Positions 1 to 13,913 of a DNA stretch of 64,000 nt are shown here, in pieces; within the stretch, counting starts at the first letter, position 1, and the number at the start of each line of letters is the position of its first letter. The DNA comes from the human T2T-CHM13v2.0 reference genome, Homo sapiens. The position numbers and the translations under genes are program-made. The DNA lies in the NCBI RefSeq assembly GCF_009914755.1, contig NC_060937.1. The stretch is one strand, 5' to 3'. The notes below the pieces were generated by a model. That model saw only the letters and a program-made list of their open reading frames with translations, was not told the DNA's origin and did not search any database.

Positions 1-1354
1 ATAGATTCAAGTAATGACCACACCCATTTTTCTTTATATGGAGGAATACATTTATTTATTTAAAACTATGTGCTCTCGTCTACCGTTATATTTCCATCAC
101 ACCTTTGCTACACACTAAAAAGAAAACAAACTGGTGAAATACTTTTACAAATTAGTATCAGTTTTCCTTTTCTACTTCATATTCTTCTTTTATAATTTTC
201 TAATGTGATTTTTTCTCTTCCTTAAGAGCAATAGCTTGCAAATCAAAGCTTGCAATCAAAGCTTCTGTTAAAAGAACTAAGCCACAGCAATTCTTTTGTA
301 ATTCTAAGGAAAAAAAAATGACAAGGATTTTGACAGTTTTACAAAAAGGCACATTACACCTTGTTCAGGCATCCTAATTTTTTCTTCTTAGATTAAACAT
401 AATTGGGACATTATTGCTTTAAACCATGCTTTTCTTGTCATATAACATTTAGGACTAGCCTGCTGTCTTTGTTCAGCAAGCTTTAAACATACAAAGATAA
501 GATGTGATCTGCTCCATAATGACTAATTTTAACAATGAACTGTAGGAGGGTTAAATATAGGCATCAGCATGCCATTATATATAATCAGTAACAGTGGGTA
601 CAGTAAGAACATGGAAAATAGCTGGAGGATAGGTTTATTATAAGCATCGTGGCTTGAACAAAGTGGAAAGAATGTAATGTTTTGACTGATGGAGTCTCTC
701 TATAAAGTGCCTATGGAGATAAAAAAGCTCAATTAGCTTCAATCTTGTCTACATCTTTAGTAGACATGCACACGGCTTTAGGGTTTGCCACAATAGAAAA
801 CAAAAGAAGAAACAACCTTCTAAATGTTATGAATAAAGTTGTTTTTTTGTAAGACAAATAAGTATGCTATTCATGTCAGAACATGATGTCTTTGAAGCAG
901 CAATATTTGATAATATTCACAACCAAGTGAGGGTCATTCCCAGATTATGTTCATTTAAGTTTGAATTGTCTTTTCATTTGACATATAAGAATTGGATTCT
1001 CTTTAAATCTTTTTTGCAAAAATAATTGGCCGGCAATTCTAAAAGTTTTAAGCATTTCTAGTAATTTTGCTAATGCTTTCTTCCCTTAAAAAAATAATAA
1101 AACTAAGATAACTTTCAAAGAAACATATATTTTTGAAGAAAACCGAAATGAACAAACAAAAAACAGCAACATTCTGTATTTTTGTCACCTTAGCACCACT
1201 AGGCCTGCAGATAGTTCTGATGCTTAACACACGTTCTTTCTTCTGCATATCCTTGTGAAAGTCAATGATAGAGAAAGCTGCCTGATCTCTAATTCAACCC
1301 CCATGTCTATTGAATGATAGTCTTCCCTTTGAGTTGGTTTTGTAACTAACATTA

Positions 1355-1518
1355 TGCTTTTAGAAATTCAGACTGTCTGACTTGGTACCCTCGCTTCAAC
1401 ATTTCCTAGCCAGGTGACCTTAGGAAGATTATTTAAGCACACTCTGCCTTAGTGTCATAATTTATAGAATAGAGAAATTTATAAACTCTAGCCACATAGA
1501 GTTTTTTGGAGTATTATT
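1355..1518 (+). mobile_element. MIR SINE fragment
   Basis: Degenerate MIR core: ctagccaggtgaccttaggaagattatttaagcacactctgccttagtgtcataatttatagaatag. Confidence 0.7.
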
Positions 1519-1759
1519 TTCTTCTTACCTTGAATTTATTCCACTTTAAGTTCCTTTAAGGTATTAAATATTTTGCTCTTTTAAGCAGTCCTAAATCCTT
1601 AGGAAAGTAGGTGCATCATAAATCATGGATGGCCTATTTCAGACTAGCTCTCTCCAAATCTGTGGATTAAGGCTATTCTTAGTTAGAGTCCTATCAGATG
1701 TTTTTTTCTGCTTTCTTGAAGTAGCTTCTTCTTCACTATTTTATGTCAATATTGTTAAA

Positions 1760-1970
1760 CAATAGCTGATACATTCTAACAGTTATTATGTGATGGGCAT
1801 CATTCTAAGAACTTTTTCCCATCTTATAATAAACATATGAGTAAATACCTTTTTATCAGTTTTTTAAAGATGAAGCAACTAATGCTTATATGCTAATACC
1901 ACTTGCCTAAAGACACATGGTTAATAAATTGAAGAAAGAAAATGTTATTCAAGCCAATCAGGCTCTGCAA
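1760..1970 (-). mobile_element. MIR SINE fragment
   Basis: Reverse MIR core: tttttaaagatgaagcaact...ccacttgcctaaagacacatggttaataaa. Confidence 0.6.
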
Positions 1971-2240
1971 CTTCCTGTCTTTAAAAGATTCTGTAGCAAA
2001 GTCTTCATAGCTGTTTATGACATTATATATTTCCTCTTCTTCTTTTATAATAAAATGTTTTATTTTTATCTGGGCTAATGGTGACCTAAAATAAGATAGC
2101 ACTCCCCACTTCCATCTTGCATATCAAATGGCCATGTGATAAGTTCTGCCCTGTTAGACAAAAGCAGACGTGTCATGTGATATCAATCAAATTTCTCAAC
2201 AGAGAAGTGTTAAAATCTTACCTTCCTCTGACTTTCTGTC

Positions 2241-3208
2241 TGTGCTATGTAATAAAGTTTTGTGATCCTAAATGTATCAAAATGGAGTTACTTATGACAA
2301 CTGACTCAGCCCACAGTGGAACTGCCGACCCCTCAAAGTGAAAAACATGAATAATGGACTGAGGCAATGATAATGCCTGCTGTGCCCAGGCACCCCCAAG
2401 ACCAAACAAGAAAGTGAAGCTAAAAGGTGGCTTACATAATGACCATGGACATTCCTATGGAGGGCCATAACACATCAAAGAAACCAATCATGGCCAGGAT
2501 GCCTGCAGACGCTCTGCCCATGAAAACTCTGAGGCCTCCTCTCCTCAGACGCCACAGAAAACTCTTCTTTGAAAGAGCAGTGAACCCCCTCCCCAAGCCC
2601 TGTCAGCATGTCATGGGAAATCCAGAGCTGCCCAGCTCATCACTCAGTGTGCTGCTCTCCCATGCTACTTGCTGGGGCTTGTTACCCCTCCTCTTATTAC
2701 TGACTGTGTCGGGTGAATGTGTACACGATTGGTGGTGTGTAAAAGTCTTTCAATAAACCTTCAATTCTAAAGCATTTCATTGGCAACTGATATGGTTTGG
2801 CTCTGTGTCCCCTCCCAACCCAAATCTCACCTTGAATGATAATAATCCTCGCATGTCGTGGGAGGGACCTGGTGGGAGGGAATTGAATCATGGGGGCAAG
2901 TTTTTCCTGTTCTGTTCTCATGATAGTGAATGAGTCTCAGGAGATCTGATAGTTTTATAAAAGGGCAGTTCCCCTGCTCATGCACTCTTGCCTGCGACCA
3001 TGTAAGACATAACTTTGATCCTCTTTCACCTTCCACCATTATTTTGAGGCCTCCCCAGCCATGTAGAACTGTGAGTCAATTAAACCTCTGTTTCATTATA
3101 AATTACCCAAGTCTTGGGTATGTCTTTACTAGCAGCATGAAAATGGACTAATATAACATCTGAGTCATTGTGAGGAGTTACCACAACCAGGCTGATTGAA
3201 ACCTGACA
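2241..3208 (+). mobile_element. ERVL-type solo LTR (MER73/MER74/LTR53-like; subfamily uncertain), interrupted by THE1
   Basis: TGT...ACA termini (tgtgctatgtaata / gaaacctgaca), caaaatggagttacttatg motif, AATAAA near 2752; sequence resumes after the THE1 insert. Confidence 0.55.
2788..3155 (+). mobile_element. THE1 (THE1B/D-like) solo LTR
   Basis: tgatatggtttggctctgtgtcccc...gaggcctccccagccatgtagaactgtgagtcaattaaacctct...ggactaatata. Confidence 0.93.
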
Positions 3209-3250
3209 GGAGAGTCTGGAACAAGAATGCAATGGGTGGAGCTTTAGGAT

Positions 3251-3996
3251 TGTTAACCAAAAAGTGACCAAGCCAGATGCCTCGAATGAAAGAGGTTTGT
3301 TTAGTCAAAGACTGAAGATGCAATGGGGAAAACACAAGTTCAGGAGCCTCTGTGACCTGTGCTTTTTCCAAAGAGGTTTTTGGGGACTTCCATATTTAAA
3401 GGGGAAAGAGTAGGCAGGAGGGCAAAAAAGAAGGTAGGCATGAGGCAAATGGTTACATTATTGTGAGGTTCTGATTAGGGCTCAGTAAATCTGCAATTTA
3501 CATGTGAAAAGAGGGAGCAGAGGAAAAAGTCAATTATGCATTTGCCTGGTACTCAGTACATCTACATTTTACATAAGATAAGGATGTGAAAAGAGGGAGT
3601 AGAGGAAAGTCAATCATGCATTCCTCTCAGTGTAGTTGGAAGGATGATTTCTGATCTTGTTCTTGTCCTGTACCTATGAAGATAAGCTAGTAATTGACAT
3701 CGTCAGGGTGAGATTCAACAGAACTCAGTTTCAGGGCTAGTTTATAGGTGGGATATGGATCTTGAAAGATTTCTGAGGGAGGGCATCGAGGGAGATATGT
3801 GACCTTCTACTATTGTGGGAACCTGGCTTATAGATGAGACTATGACATACATGAGGCTAACAACACAAGGGTTGTTAAATGACAGCTATCTGTCTGGGAA
3901 CAAAAGGAAAGTAGTATTGCATGACTCAGTTCCCAAGCTTAACTTTCCCTTCAGTATATGTGAGTTTGTGTCCCAAAGATTCGATTTTCTTTCACA
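3251..3996 (-). mobile_element. MER4-group ERV1 solo LTR
   Basis: Minus strand begins tgtgaaagaaaatcgaatctttgggacacaaactcac...gggaaagttaagcttgggaactgagtca and ends aaca; 4-bp TSD-like flanks ggat/gtat. Confidence 0.8.
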
Positions 3997-6264
3997 GTAT
4001 TTATCTTGGCCCATAAGGTGGGAGCCAATGTTTAGGAATGTCAGAGTAAAACAGATGGAAGGAAACAAATTATATGGAACTTAGTGTCATCATCTACCTA
4101 TATGAAGATTCTCTTTATGTGAAAAAATAAGATATTGTTAATTAATAACACTGACTTTATCTATTACATGCAATCTAATAAAGTTCTGATAGAATGCTTT
4201 ACATTTGGTCTGAAAAAAATTAGATCTGACAAGGCACATATGAACTGCAGACATGCTTTGCTTGGGCCAGACACTCTTTTTAAAAAAAAACAGTATTTCA
4301 CATGAAGTTCCAGATTTTAGGCTACTCCTGGGATATTATATCCAGCAACACTGAAATAAGCATGCATTTTATTGTGCAGCCCTGTGTGCCAGCTTTCTGC
4401 GTCTTTCATTCACTTGCCTTTCTCTTAAGCCTTGAAAGTGTCTGCCAATTGAATACAGCTGTCGTTGCTGTTGCTGTATCAGCATGGGGTCACTTCTTTG
4501 TGCAACTTGCTTTAATGTGCTACTTTGGATTAATACCCCCAAATAGTGCTAACTAAAAATAATCTATCAGAATCACTAATGATTTCAAAATATGGAATAG
4601 AGTGCATTTGTTTGTTCAAGAAGATCTAATATAGATAAAATATTCCTCAAAAGTGAAAAGTGTGAGTAAAAAATGCAGGGATATAAAATGCCTCCACTTT
4701 TCTTTGAAAAGTAAATCATTATTTCTATGCACTATGCCTACATATTGGGCTCACAGCAGTCCAATAGGAGTTGTATCTAATTAGATTTTCTATATGCATA
4801 AAACGCATTTTAAAAACCTGTGACATAAGACATATCCCACTAGCTTGTAACCATGCTATAGAAAGACAATGATTTATTAAGAATATAGCACATAAATTGC
4901 TTTAATTATACTTAGAAGCAGCATGATACCCAAGTTCTAAAAAGGAAAAAGGATAGCAGTGTCCTAGAATGAAATTTAAATATGATTAACTTCTTCAAGA
5001 CTCATTCATAGTTGTGTCTACTCTTGTTTGTTTTCAGATACTCTTTAAGAAAAGTTAACTTCCCCCTAACCACTCTCATTTAACTGCTCTTCCTGGTAGC
5101 TGTTATTAATTTGATAATAGGGACTCCAAGTCTATGCAAACCATTTCCATACTATGTTTTAGATAACAAGGGAACAATTTGCATAGGTTGAAAAATTTGT
5201 GAAGTGCTTTCACAAGCATTAATGCCTTTGGTTGTCATAAAAATAGTGAGTACTTGGAAGTGTTTATTTCTCATGATAAGGAAATATTTCCGTAAACATA
5301 GTCCCTTCTCAACTGGCTTTGATTTACTCTTCTACATGCTAGACAAAAATTTCCTTCAAATGCCATTATCATACAGCTCACCACTTAGAGCACTTCAGTA
5401 TAATTGCATCTCAAGAGTGAAAGGCTTTTAGCGATTTATGTTTAAGAATTAGCTATGGGGAAATTTTTCTTATTTAAACACATATTAAAGCTAGAACATA
5501 GCTTTTTCCTTTTGTGGGCTGGATGACTTTCTTGCAGCCAACTAATGAGGCACTTTTTTATAAAGACTACATCAATCTTTAATATAGCTTATCTTGATCC
5601 TAGAGGTGAAGATAAAAAGATATTAAGTGGTTCAACCAGCTTCTTTATTATAGCTGTAAATTTAAGGAAATGCATGTTGCCATAAAAAGGAACAAGGAAA
5701 ATAACCTTACATTTGTGAAAATATATTGAGTTGCCACAAAATAAGAACTCAGCATGAACTGATGATAACATAAATGATTTGAGGTTTGCAATGGAGATAC
5801 AGCTTTTATATGGTACACATTTTATCGTAGAATAAGACAAAACATATCCTAAAGCCCACTACTTTTGGAGAAAGGTAACACAAAGCCGTTATCATTCACT
5901 GGCAATAAGCAATGAGCATTTGATTGTAATGATACACTCAAGTCATCCAAAAGAAAAGTAAAAACATGAAAATAAATTGAAAGAGAAAAAAATTGAAAGA
6001 ATAGTTGAGACATTTTAAAAAAGGAGAGAAGAGAAAAAGACTGAGAATAGATGTAGATGTTTTAGAGTAAGGGTTAGCCAAGCCATTAAAAAGAGAGTCA
6101 CTGAATATTAAAACTATGCACTTAGTTCATATTTTGTGAAAGTTTTGAAATACACATTTTAAAAAGCATGCAATCTTTTCAAAAACAGTGGTTATTTTTC
6201 ACTGAATAAAGTAATAGTACATATGTAATTTTTCTAAAATTATAGGAAATTTTTCCCAAAACAT

Positions 6265-6580
6265 TATTTATTTATTTTTATTATTTATTTATTTATTTTG
6301 AGATGGAATCTTGCTCTGTTGCCCAAGCTGGAGTGCAGTGGTGTGATTTCAGCTCACTGCAACCTCAGCCTCCTGGGTTCAAGCGGTTCTCCTGCCTCAG
6401 TCTCCTGAGTAGCTGGGGCTACAGGTGCATGCCACCACACCCAGCTAATTTTTGTATTTTGGTGGAGACAGGATTTAACCATGTTGGGAAGGCTGGTCCC
6501 CAACTCCTGACCTCAAGTCATCTGCCCACCTCGGCCTCCCAAAGTGCTAGGATTATAGGCTTGAGCCACCATGCCCAGCC
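6265..6580 (-). mobile_element. Alu (AluSx/Sz-like)
   Basis: Complete dimer in antisense with (TTTA)n tail. Confidence 0.97.
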
Positions 6581-7270
6581 TATTTATTTTTGAACATTAG
6601 AAAAAATATAATGTGATTATAGAGTTCTATAAAGCAGGGTTTTGAGGTTAATGGAGTTGTGGATATCCTGTTAAGCAAAAAAATGTATTATGTTTTCAAT
6701 TTATACATACAAATAATAGATGTAAATGGACTAAACTGATGAGCAGAGGGATAGACTAATAGAGTAGAAGAGATTCAAAAACGTTGAGAATTAGAGAGAT
6801 GACTGTAGTTTAAGAGATGCCTGTTCTATCTGAGGCACCACTATGCTCAAAATGACTTTATATCTATACACAAACTGATGGTGAGCATGATAATAATGAA
6901 GATTCAAATGACTGAGTTATAGAGACTATTCATTTATTTATACATTCAACCAGCTAAGCATTCTAGAGTCTATTTTTCCCCATATGAAGCAGAGGATGAT
7001 CACTGCTGTTCTAATCCAAAGAATAAAAATTGTAATTATTTATAAGGAGCAGATAATCCAGCTCTGATTAAAATTATTGAACTACAATCCTCCTTTGGTA
7101 CCTGTGGGGAATTGTTTCCAGGATATTCTGCACATACCCAAATCTGCAGGTACTCTAGTTCCTGCTATAAAATAGCATCATATTTGCATATAACCTATGC
7201 ATATCCTTCTGTATGCTTTAAATAATTTTTAGATTACTATAATAATCTATAATTATTTATAATAAACTTA

Positions 7271-7392
7271 ATATAGTTGTTATACTGTATTGTTTAATAC
7301 AGTATACTGTATTAAATAGTTGTTATACTGTATTGTTATACTGTTGTTAATAGTTGTTATACTGTATTAATAGTTGTTATACTGTATTGTTT
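7271..7392. repeat. Irregular tandem array of (aatagt)tgttatactgtatt with an embedded perfect 24-bp palindrome (7293-7316)
   Basis: About 5 direct copies plus tttaatacagta|tactgtattaaa, read directly. Confidence 0.9.
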
Positions 7393-7444
7393 AGGAAATA
7401 ATGACAAGAAAAAATCTGTACATATTCAGTACAGACACAATTTT

Positions 7445-7630
7445 TTGAACATATACATGTATTTTTAGATTCAGGGAATATATGTATGGATTTGTTACAT
7501 GAATATTTTGTGTAATCCTGGGGTTTGGACTTCTATTGAACACACCGGCCAAATAGTAAACATAATACCCAGTAGGTAGTTTTTAGTCCTTGTCCCCCTT
7601 CTTCTTTACCGCTTTTTGGAGTCTCTACTG
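7445..7630 (-). mobile_element. L1 3' terminal fragment (L1PA16/L1PB-age) inside MER2
   Basis: ttttagattcagggaatatatgtatggatttgttacatg...aaatagtaaacataatacccagtaggtagtttt. Confidence 0.75.
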
Positions 7631-8199
7631 TTGATTAGTGGTTGATTAAATCCATACACAGGAATCCACAAACACAAAAGGCAAACTGTATTCTAAAAGA
7701 GAATGTTGTATTAGCAAGAATAAAGGACTTGCTCATGTAAATGCCTCTCACCACTCAAAGATCAAATGTGAAACTCAAATATACCTGTTTTTGGTGTCAT
7801 AATAAACATATTCTCATACTTAATTTAAGATTTTGAATTTGGCATAGAAATTATATCAATCATGATGTCAAGATTTAATATTTAATATTAAGTAAAATAA
7901 ATTACAAATTACCACATGATTCCATACTTAAGAAAATGTTGCTTCTCTTTAAAATTTGATATTAAAATTTGATAAAATAAAGTATTAAAATTTGATAAAA
8001 TAAAAAAATAAACTGAACTGAAATACTTTATTCAATGCATTTTTGACTGGAAATATATTTCATAAATAAAATGTTTGAAAATACTATACCAAAATATCTT
8101 CATATTATTTCTATTGAGAGAACAATTTTTATGGAATTTTACCTTATAGCATAATTTCAAAGAGATTATCTGTAATTTATCTTTGGTCCAAACATATAG

Positions 8200-8514
<315 letters not shown>

Positions 8515-8944
8515 GTAGTTCAATTTTTTTGAGCCATAATATGATTTTAGAGACTAATGTCATAGCAAAATTTTAAAATGATAATTATTTTCATTGATTT
8601 TACAATATGCTCACACAAATATTGTTTGGTTTTGTGGTTGCAATAGATTCTTTTATAAAGAAGCTTCTGTTCACAGATGTGTTCACACAATCCTGCCCAT
8701 TTAATAGTGAATTTAGTTAATTAAAATTATGTACTCTTACTCTTTTAGTTATGTTCAATAACTGGTTCAAACATCTGTAAAATGTTAATTAAATTTGACA
8801 TGTTTTTAAAATAACTATGCTGATAAGTTTACAGAGCATTTTTATAATTCTAATAGAGAACTTACTGATTGCACATAAATGATGGGATTACCTAGGAACA
8901 ATCTGAGTTATTTGCTTACAATTTATTTTTTTGCTATACACTGT

Positions 8945-9100
8945 TTCATTAAATTTTAACAACAGTAACTCTGAGAGGTAGTTATGATTCACTCCATTTC
9001 CAACTGATAGTCAAATGTCAAGGCTATGTCCTCAGTCAGCCTTATATCTGGGAACAGGAACAGAGACCTCCAGTCTCCAATCCAATATTTCTCCACTTCA
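8945..9100 (-). mobile_element. MIR fragment
   Basis: aacagtaactctgagaggtag...ccatttccaactgat... degenerate reverse MIR. Confidence 0.45.
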
Positions 9101-9586
9101 CTTTGCTTATACAGTGAAACTGATTAAATGATATATGCATGATTTTGTCTCTAAAAAGTTGCACTTAATTAAGCAATAAAATATCTTCATAAGAAACAAA
9201 AGACTATCATCGAGTGTACAAAATTGTTACATTGTCCAATAAATCAGTAGTTACCAAAATTTTTAATTATTTGCATCACATCAGAGCATGAAAATGATAC
9301 ATCATTTATTAGAGAATACACTCCTCCAACACACACATAAATACTTGCAAAAATAAAGATATTTTTATTCTGTTAAAGTTTAATATCGATTTCTGTTTTA
9401 TGACTTCCAAATTTTTTGTCTAAAAAGAAAGTAATAAAATATTCAATCTATCATTCAACATATGTGAGTGTTTATGCAGTTAAAGAAAATGAGCACACAG
9501 TAACTTGTGAACAAATCCAAGCTACTGCCTTACATACAAAATTAAATTCACCAGGGTAAAGTAGAATGGAGAGTTAAATATGGTAA

Positions 9587-10155
<569 letters not shown>

Positions 10156-10204
10156 ATATATTAATTTTAATTACGTAAAAGCTAAAGTTTAAAAAAAAAA
10201 AAGC

Positions 10205-10670
10205 AACTGCCATCCCAGAACCTGTAGATAAACATTTTATATATATACATGCATAGATAGATATATGGATAGGATACACAGATAGTGAGAAATGAAAAGA
10301 GGATCATACATTATTTCATTACTCTGTAATTTGTTTTTATCTATATTAATAGGAACTATTCTAAACATCACTTAAAATAGCAATGCTAAGTATGCAGCCA
10401 TTTAACTGATCCATTATTGCAAAAATTCAAAATGATTCTTCTTGTTAACCACATTGCGATGGCCATTACTATAATTACATATATGTGCACATGCATTCTC
10501 ATGTCTTTAAAGACCTAACAATAGACAGTTTTGGTCAGATTAAAATAAAACGTGGTATTTAATATCTATTTTCAGATTGGTATCCTGAAAGTTGTACCAA
10601 TTTACCATCTCTGTCATTCATGAGAATGTCCAACCAAAAACTGTTCAGAATTTTGAGTGGTATTATCACA
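10205..10670 (-). mobile_element. Old L1ME-type 3' fragment
   Basis: cagattggtatcctgaaagttgtaccaatttaccatct...atgagaatgtcc resembles the antisense L1M ORF2 end. Confidence 0.55.
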
Positions 10671-10695
10671 TACTATACTCTCACTAAATATGTCA

Positions 10696-11252
10696 CAGTG
10701 GTGCACAGGTTCTGAGACGGTCCTCAGTGATCCCTCTCATGGTATTCAGGCAAGATGGATAATCCCCACCCCTTCAGTGTGGGCTACATCTAGTGACCCA
10801 CTTCTCTGGAATAGAATAGTGCAAAAGTGATTGTATGTGACTTACTAGGTTACCAAAACACCATGGCTCTCATCTTGCTAGCATTTTCTTACACATTCTC
10901 TCTTGCTTGCTGTGCTGAACCCAGCTGCCATGTGTTTCCTGCCCTATGGAGAGGTACATGCTGCAAAGAACTAGGACAGCCAGCAAGGATTCGAGGCCTT
11001 TGTTCCAACAACCCGAAATGGAATCTTGCCAACAAATGCATGAGTGAGCTTGGAAGCTAATCCTCCCTGCTTAAGCTTGAGCTGACTGCAGTCCTGGCTG
11101 ATACCTTGATTGCAGCCTGTGAGACCCCGAACAAGAGGACCAAGGAAAGTCACACTCAGATTCCTCACCCAAATAAACTATGACATCGTGTTTGTTATTT
11201 TAGGGTCTAAGTTCTAGGGGTTATTTGTTACACAGAAAAAGATAAATAATAC
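10696..11252 (+). mobile_element. MLT1F-like MaLR solo LTR
   Basis: cagctgccatgtg...gccctatggagaggtacatg...gagtgagcttggaagc...ccttgattgcagcctgtgagac...gataaataataca. Confidence 0.85.
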
Positions 11253-11719
11253 AGTTGTCGAAAAACAAGAAACTTTTTTTAAAATGATTTTGAGATTTAT
11301 TTAAAAGTTTTAACTTTTATACATGTTTCCTTTTATTTCTGATTTACTAATAAATTTTCATAGTTCTGCTTTCTTGGATTAATTTATAAAATGAATAATT
11401 TCTACTATATTTTCAACTACCTTTCTGATATTTCACCTAAATCATAAAATGTTTCTCCCAGTATTTATTATCATAATAAAATATCTTAGCTGTAATTTCA
11501 ACAATGTGAGGTTGCATACAAATTTCAGTTACATAGATAATTAATCTGTAATTTAATAATGTGGCTTAATGAATTTTATAATTTAATGTTTAATTTTTTA
11601 CTGTTTATTTAAAATTTTAATTTTATGAATTATAACATGTTAAACTCATGTGCTGTTAAGAAACAACATTTTAAAATGTGTTTGTATATGTATTTGTATG
11701 TGTATAATTGTCACAATTG

Positions 11720-11885
11720 CAAAAACAAATAATTATCGGGAGAATGTGAACAGCATTTGTATATACCTAGATGGTCAGATTGTGAATGATGTTATATTTT
11801 TTGTCCATTTTTAATGTCTATTTTTAAAATTTTGACAATATGTATGCAATGTGTCAGACCAAAAAACATAACAACAAAATTAAAA
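11720..11885 (+). mobile_element. Old L1M 3' terminus fragment
   Basis: ctagatggtcagattgtgaatgatgttatattttt...aaaattttgacaatatgtatg followed by an A-rich tail. Confidence 0.4.
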
Positions 11886-11912
11886 CGTAAATAAGGAAGG
11901 CTACAAACAATC

Positions 11913-12297
<385 letters not shown>

Positions 12298-12430
12298 TAA
12301 AGCATATCTTTTTTCATATAATTTTCCTATAAATGATTCCTACAAAAGTATTTCCAGAGTCCAAATTATAAATATGTATGGAACTGTAATTTAATGTCTG
12401 ATGTATTAAAAGATGTGTATTCCAGAATAC

Positions 12431-12437
<7 letters not shown>

Positions 12438-12470
<33 letters not shown>

Positions 12471-12495
12471 TTAAAATTTTTTTTTTTTTTTTTTT
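12438..12495. repeat. (TA)n followed by poly-T
   Basis: Read directly. Confidence 0.95.
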
Positions 12496-12504
12496 ACTGA
12501 ATTG

Positions 12505-12630
12505 ACAAATTTTTTGTTTATTAGTTTGTGTTTTAGAGATGGGGGTCTCACTATGTTGCCCAAGCTGGACTCAAGCTTCTGGGCTCCACCAATTCTCCTT
12601 CCTCAGCCCCCCTAGAAACTGGGTCTACTG
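12505..12630 (-). mobile_element. FLAM/Alu monomer
   Basis: tagagatgggggtctcactatgttgcccaagctggactc...cctcagcc. Confidence 0.8.
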
Positions 12631-13448
12631 AGCTGAGTAATCTCAGCTGCAGTAAATATACTCCTCATTATAGCACAAATTTAAAACTTAAGGCATTAAA
12701 CATGGTTTTAAAAATCTTAGATATTTTCATGTAAGAGAAAGAATTCACATTACTATTTTAAGTCACATTTATATGACCACTTATGATTTATAACATATTT
12801 TTAAAACTTTTTGGCCACATTTCCTTTTTCTCTTGCCCAAATATATATTAAGTATGTAGTAGGCTATTTTAATATGTATTCCATTACAGTCTTTTTAGGA
12901 TTTTTATTTTAGCATTGTTATTCAAGTGATACTGTTTTATTATTGTTTTTCTATTAATTTCTTCAATCTTTAGAGTCACACATTGAATATTTTAATAAAT
13001 GAACTGAATGTTTCTTTTCCTAGAATCTTGAACGCTATAAAAACTCAAATTATCTACTTTTTGAATTTACTTTTTGATATTTCAATTAATACAAGATTAC
13101 TGATCTGTTTCAGTTTTTCTGCTTTGTTTCTGTAACCCTTTAGTTATTTCTGCATCTTATGAAGATGTACAATATATACATTTATTTTTTAATGCTTTAT
13201 TTCATCTTATGGTTGTCATTTTGTTTGTGTTTATATTTGAGTTTTTAGATTTTTTTTTCCTGTCTTATCCACTCTTACCTCCCATCATTTCTATTTGGAA
13301 ATGTGCCATTGCTTTCCTATTTTGCTGCAAATTGGAAAGCATAGCTAGGGGTTTTCATTATTTTTGATGCTTCAGTTTTGTTTTAACTTGGGTTAGCAGA
13401 ATTTAATTATAAGCTATGTTCCAACGATTGCATATGTAAGATGTTTAA

Positions 13449-13498
13449 ATTAAAAAAATGCTTCTTACAATTATTAAAAAAATGCTTCTTACAATTAT
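13449..13498. repeat. Perfect 24-bp tandem duplication
   Basis: attaaaaaaatgcttcttacaatt x2. Confidence 0.95.
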
Positions 13499-13913
13499 AT
13501 TAGACTATAGAATTTTTCTACTAACATTGTCATGAACCTTATTCTTTATTTTGTGGCATTTATTATTTATGAAGGGAAATATGAGGTAAGTTTAATGCTT
13601 ATTTTTCTACAAGTATACTTTTTTATTGCTTCTATTATTTTAGAATAATTTTAATATTATTTACATGAAATTTCTATGCCATTTCAATAATGGTTTCACA
13701 AAGATGATTATTTAATGGTTGACTCAGACCTATTGTTAGGTGTTAATAATAGAAGTCTTTTACCAAGCACTTATTATTTTTTAGGTATTGTATTACAGCA
13801 GTCATGTTCCAGATGTGTTCCACTGACCATCACTGGTCCATGATCTTTGTTTTGGTCAATGAAAGTGTATGCACAAAAATTGAATATAACATTTGAAAAT
13901 TGCACAGAAACTT

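Larger units (their letters stand above)
2065..4196 (+). mobile_element. Old MLT1 (MLT1I/J/K-like) MaLR LTR, split into ~2065-2240, ~3209-3250 and ~3997-4196 by nested LTRs
   Basis: MLT1-like segments occur in consensus order: ggccatgtgataagttctgccc, then atgcaatgggtggagct, then atcttggcccataaggtgg...tttatgtgaaaaaataaga...tattacatgca. Confidence 0.6.
7085..7688 (+). mobile_element. MER2 non-autonomous TcMar-Tigger DNA transposon, with an internal repeat expansion and an L1 insert
   Basis: TA|caatcctcctttggtacctgtggggaattg...catatttgcatataacctatgc...aggcaaactg|TA; degenerate TIRs with TA TSD. Confidence 0.85.

Noticed and set aside
2427-2756. 109-aa ORF in a GC-richer patch
   Set aside because: Lies entirely within an ERVL-type LTR, has a non-ATG start and no recognisable domain
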